Shown here: positions 22,608 to 25,202 of the stretch, in pieces | How positions within the stretch are numbered: position 1 is the stretch's first letter | Layout of the letters: each line of letters opens with the position of its first letter | Source: Spongospora subterranea f. sp. subterranea | Lineage: Eukaryota | Direction of reading: 5' to 3' | Length of the DNA: 25,202 bases | Assembly (NCBI GenBank): GCA_049724395.1 | Contig: JAUGWO010000152.1 | Span: 62,001-87,202, forward strand | Position numbers and translations under genes: made by a program | Notes under the pieces: generated by a model | What the model was told of the DNA's origin: nothing | Database searches by the model: none | What the model saw: the letters and a program-made list of their open reading frames with translations, nothing else

Positions 22608-25202
22608 TCAGGGCCACTGTTTTCGAAATAGGTCAACAATTGTGGCGGCGATTGGTGTACTGTTTGCCTCCTTCTTTCTCATAGCCAACTCCAGCGCTGT
22701 CTCGCCATAAGCCTTGATGGTGCGGGAGGCGCCTTTTTTTAAAAAAACCCGAACCAGATCGACCCTGTGATTTGGTCAGATTAGTCAATCAATCAAAGGT
22801 GGTTGATCAGGCGTAATTTGCCCAACCGCTGTTGCGAAACTGCAAAATGTAGAGCAGTTTGGTCACATCTGTTTTGGATGTTGAGTAGTTGTTGTTCCCA
22901 CGTTCCACAGAAAATGTCTTGCAGTTTCCTGTGAGAGTGATTCAGCGATTTCGATGTTTTAGACATATGTGTGAACATGGACAGGCCACAAAGACTCAGC
23001 AATCCACCAAAGAACCCAAACTGTCCCGTCATGTTATCCTGACACACTTGACGAAGAGCCTTTGATTCAACTATATCGATTATGATCTGCTCACTTCTAA
23101 TGAGATATACATCAGATCATTTGACAATATATCGAAACTCGATCAGTGTACAGGTTATGCTTTACTGCGAGGTGCAGAACTGTATTTTTGAGATAGTTAG
23201 GAGCCATGGGATTGGCGCCTCTATCCAACAGAAACATGATAACCTTTTCCCTAAAAACATATTTGTATTGAGATGATGATCAGTGTCAAAATCAAAATAC
23301 GACCAACCTATTTCTTATAACCGCTTTATAGAGAAGACTGTTTCCATCACTGTAGCAGTAGTTGACATCCATGTTTTTAAGGGTCGAAATAATGAATTCG
23401 TCTGTCCTGTGAGCACTTCACATCATGTTTGAATATTAGATAAATATTGGGCAATTTACAGAAACCCAGGCATATCGATATGCAACAGTGTGTTCCCATC
23501 ATTATCCGCTAAGTGCGGGTCAGCACCTCTTTCAAACAACAGTTGGGCGATCATATCACTGCTAAAAACCCCCATTATTGACAACTCAGATCTAGACAGT
23601 AAACTTTGCCAACCGTGCAAAATCAAACGCTAATAAGAGAGCAGTTTGGCCCTGATGGTTGGTCAGATTGATTAGTTCGCAGGCGGCAATCTGTCTGTGA
23701 GATAAATTCAGTGAGTTGAATGTGCTAGATCAACATTTGAGCGGATACCGATCATCATGATTCTCTTCTCCATTCAAACACCCAGAAATTTGGGTAATTC
23801 CATTCTGGCCCAGATTATCGACCGATTTGAGCCGAGCCGCATCAAGTAGATGAACGAGTATCTGCTCATTTCTGTGAGATTTAATCAGATACCATAATCT
23901 TAGCAAATTGAATAGCTTACACGTCACTGAATCCTGCCCGATGCAGTGCTGTATTTCCAGAATTATCAGCAATAGCAGGATTGGCGCCTTTATCCAACAG
24001 ATACTTGACCACCACCTCCCTAACAAATCAATTGTATTGAAGAGCTGCTCACTGTCTAACACAAATCACGACCAACCGATGAAGCCTAATAGCAAGATGG
24101 AGAATTGTGGACCCATCAACGTATCGGTGATTGACATCAACGTTCTGTATCATTGAGATGAAGATTTCGTCGGTCCTGTGTTCACCTCAGACACTATTTG
24201 AAAATTTCGTGAGATTTTATCAATTTACATGAATGTGTCTGGAAACGTCCCATCTGTTATGGTGGGATCGGCACCATTCTCCAACAGAATTTGGGCGATA
24301 CCAGCACTGTTAATAGGAAAAAAAAGTTGAAAGAGCTGATGAGACCTAGACAGTATGATTGACCAACCTACGCGAAGCTGCACAAAAAGAGCAGTTCGCC
24401 CGTAGTGCTCCGTAGATTGATTATTCCATCGCAATACATATTAAGTACTTCAATAACGAGGTCTTTGTTTCTGTGAGATCAAATCAGCCACTTAAATGTG
24501 CTGGATTGACATTGAAGCAATTTACAGGCCACGATCAATCAATCTGTGAATTGTACTCGCATAGAAGCGTTCCGTCATGCCACTTTGGAGCAGAAGGTGA
24601 GATGGTTTTGTCCTCCCCGCATGAATGATATGAATGATGATCTGCTGACTTCTGTGAAACTTCAATCAAAATTCATGGTATATTGAAAGATCAGTTCAGT
24701 ATACAGGCCATGAACAATTGCGAGGTGCAGTGCTGTAAGGCCTTGGTGATCAGCAATAATGGGATTGGCCCCTCATCCAACAGATCCTTGACCACAACCT
24801 CCCTAATGACCAGTTTTTTGTGGCGCTGATCTGTGTCAAGGAACAAAACTACGACCAACCGTTTACAATTTATAGCAGTGTGGAGGAGAGTTGCCCCATT
24901 TTTGTTCCGGTGGTTGACATTCATATGTTGTATGCATGAGAGAATGATATCGTCTGTCCTGTGAGCACATCAGTAATAACGTTGCTGATTGGTGAAATTT
25001 GCTGCATTTACAATGCAGATAGCATATTGATATGAAATGGGGTGTTCCCTCTATTATCCGTTATAGAAATGTCGGCCCCCGTCCACGAGATCCTTGACCA
25101 CAATTCCTCTGAATAACCATTTTTCTGAGGCGCTGAACTGTGTCAATAAATAAATTACGACCAACCTCGACTTTACAGCCGTGTGGAGGAGTGTTGCCCC
25201 AT
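22608..25202 (-). CDS. Multi-exon ankyrin-repeat protein, 5' end beyond the window; several frame breaks
   Basis: Exons give NGATLLHTA, VVKYLLDKGANPAIADNSGNTALH, GQTALLLA, IAQLLFERGADPHLADNDGNTLLH, DQTALHFAV, and final VRVFLKKGASRTIKAYGETALELA...FRKQWP* (TGA 22608-10). Confidence 0.9.
22840..25202. repeat. Three diverged ~770-785 bp tandem exon-intron cassettes plus a ~305 bp sub-duplication
   Basis: Landmarks: TCGTCKGTCCTGTG at 23398/24167/24950; CGACCAACC at 23300/24069/24852/25158; TCTGCTSAYTTCT at ~23086/23861/24641; AGAGCAGTT at ~22852/23638/24388. Confidence 0.88.

Noticed and set aside
22840..25202. Regularly spaced short repeats as a CRISPR-like array
   Set aside because: They are conserved splice-site and ankyrin framework sequences in a eukaryotic gene; spacing is hundreds of bp and no cas genes are present.

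Overview
Compact eukaryotic genomic DNA with many short (~40-70 nt) GT-AG introns and degenerate donor sites. The small introns, a secreted CBM18 protein and exon-modular ankyrin genes fit a plasmodiophorid-like protist (inference only). The left ~10.6 kb is gene-dense housekeeping sequence: a NIPA-like transporter fragment, DNA polymerase eta, an unknown membrane protein, a TruA-family pseudouridine synthase, HGH1, ABHD13 and MAEA/Gid9. The right ~14.5 kb looks accessory. It holds an intronless secreted chitin-binding protein with clustered TGA(C/G)TCA promoter sites, an internally deleted piggyBac-like element, a HECT E3 ligase with a possible signal peptide and NLS-like insert, and Ty3/gypsy, pogo and copia remnants. 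It ends in an ankyrin gene built from ~775-bp exon-intron cassettes, with a near-identical orphan exon 5.7 kb away. Most interesting: the one-repeat-per-exon ankyrin array and its orphan exon, a candidate structured ncRNA at ~9050-9225 that ends exactly at a perfect 5' splice site, and the CBM18 and HECT effector candidates. Many genes carry single indels in short homopolymers, most likely assembly errors. All family calls are from motif recognition by eye, not database searches, and exon boundaries are approximate.
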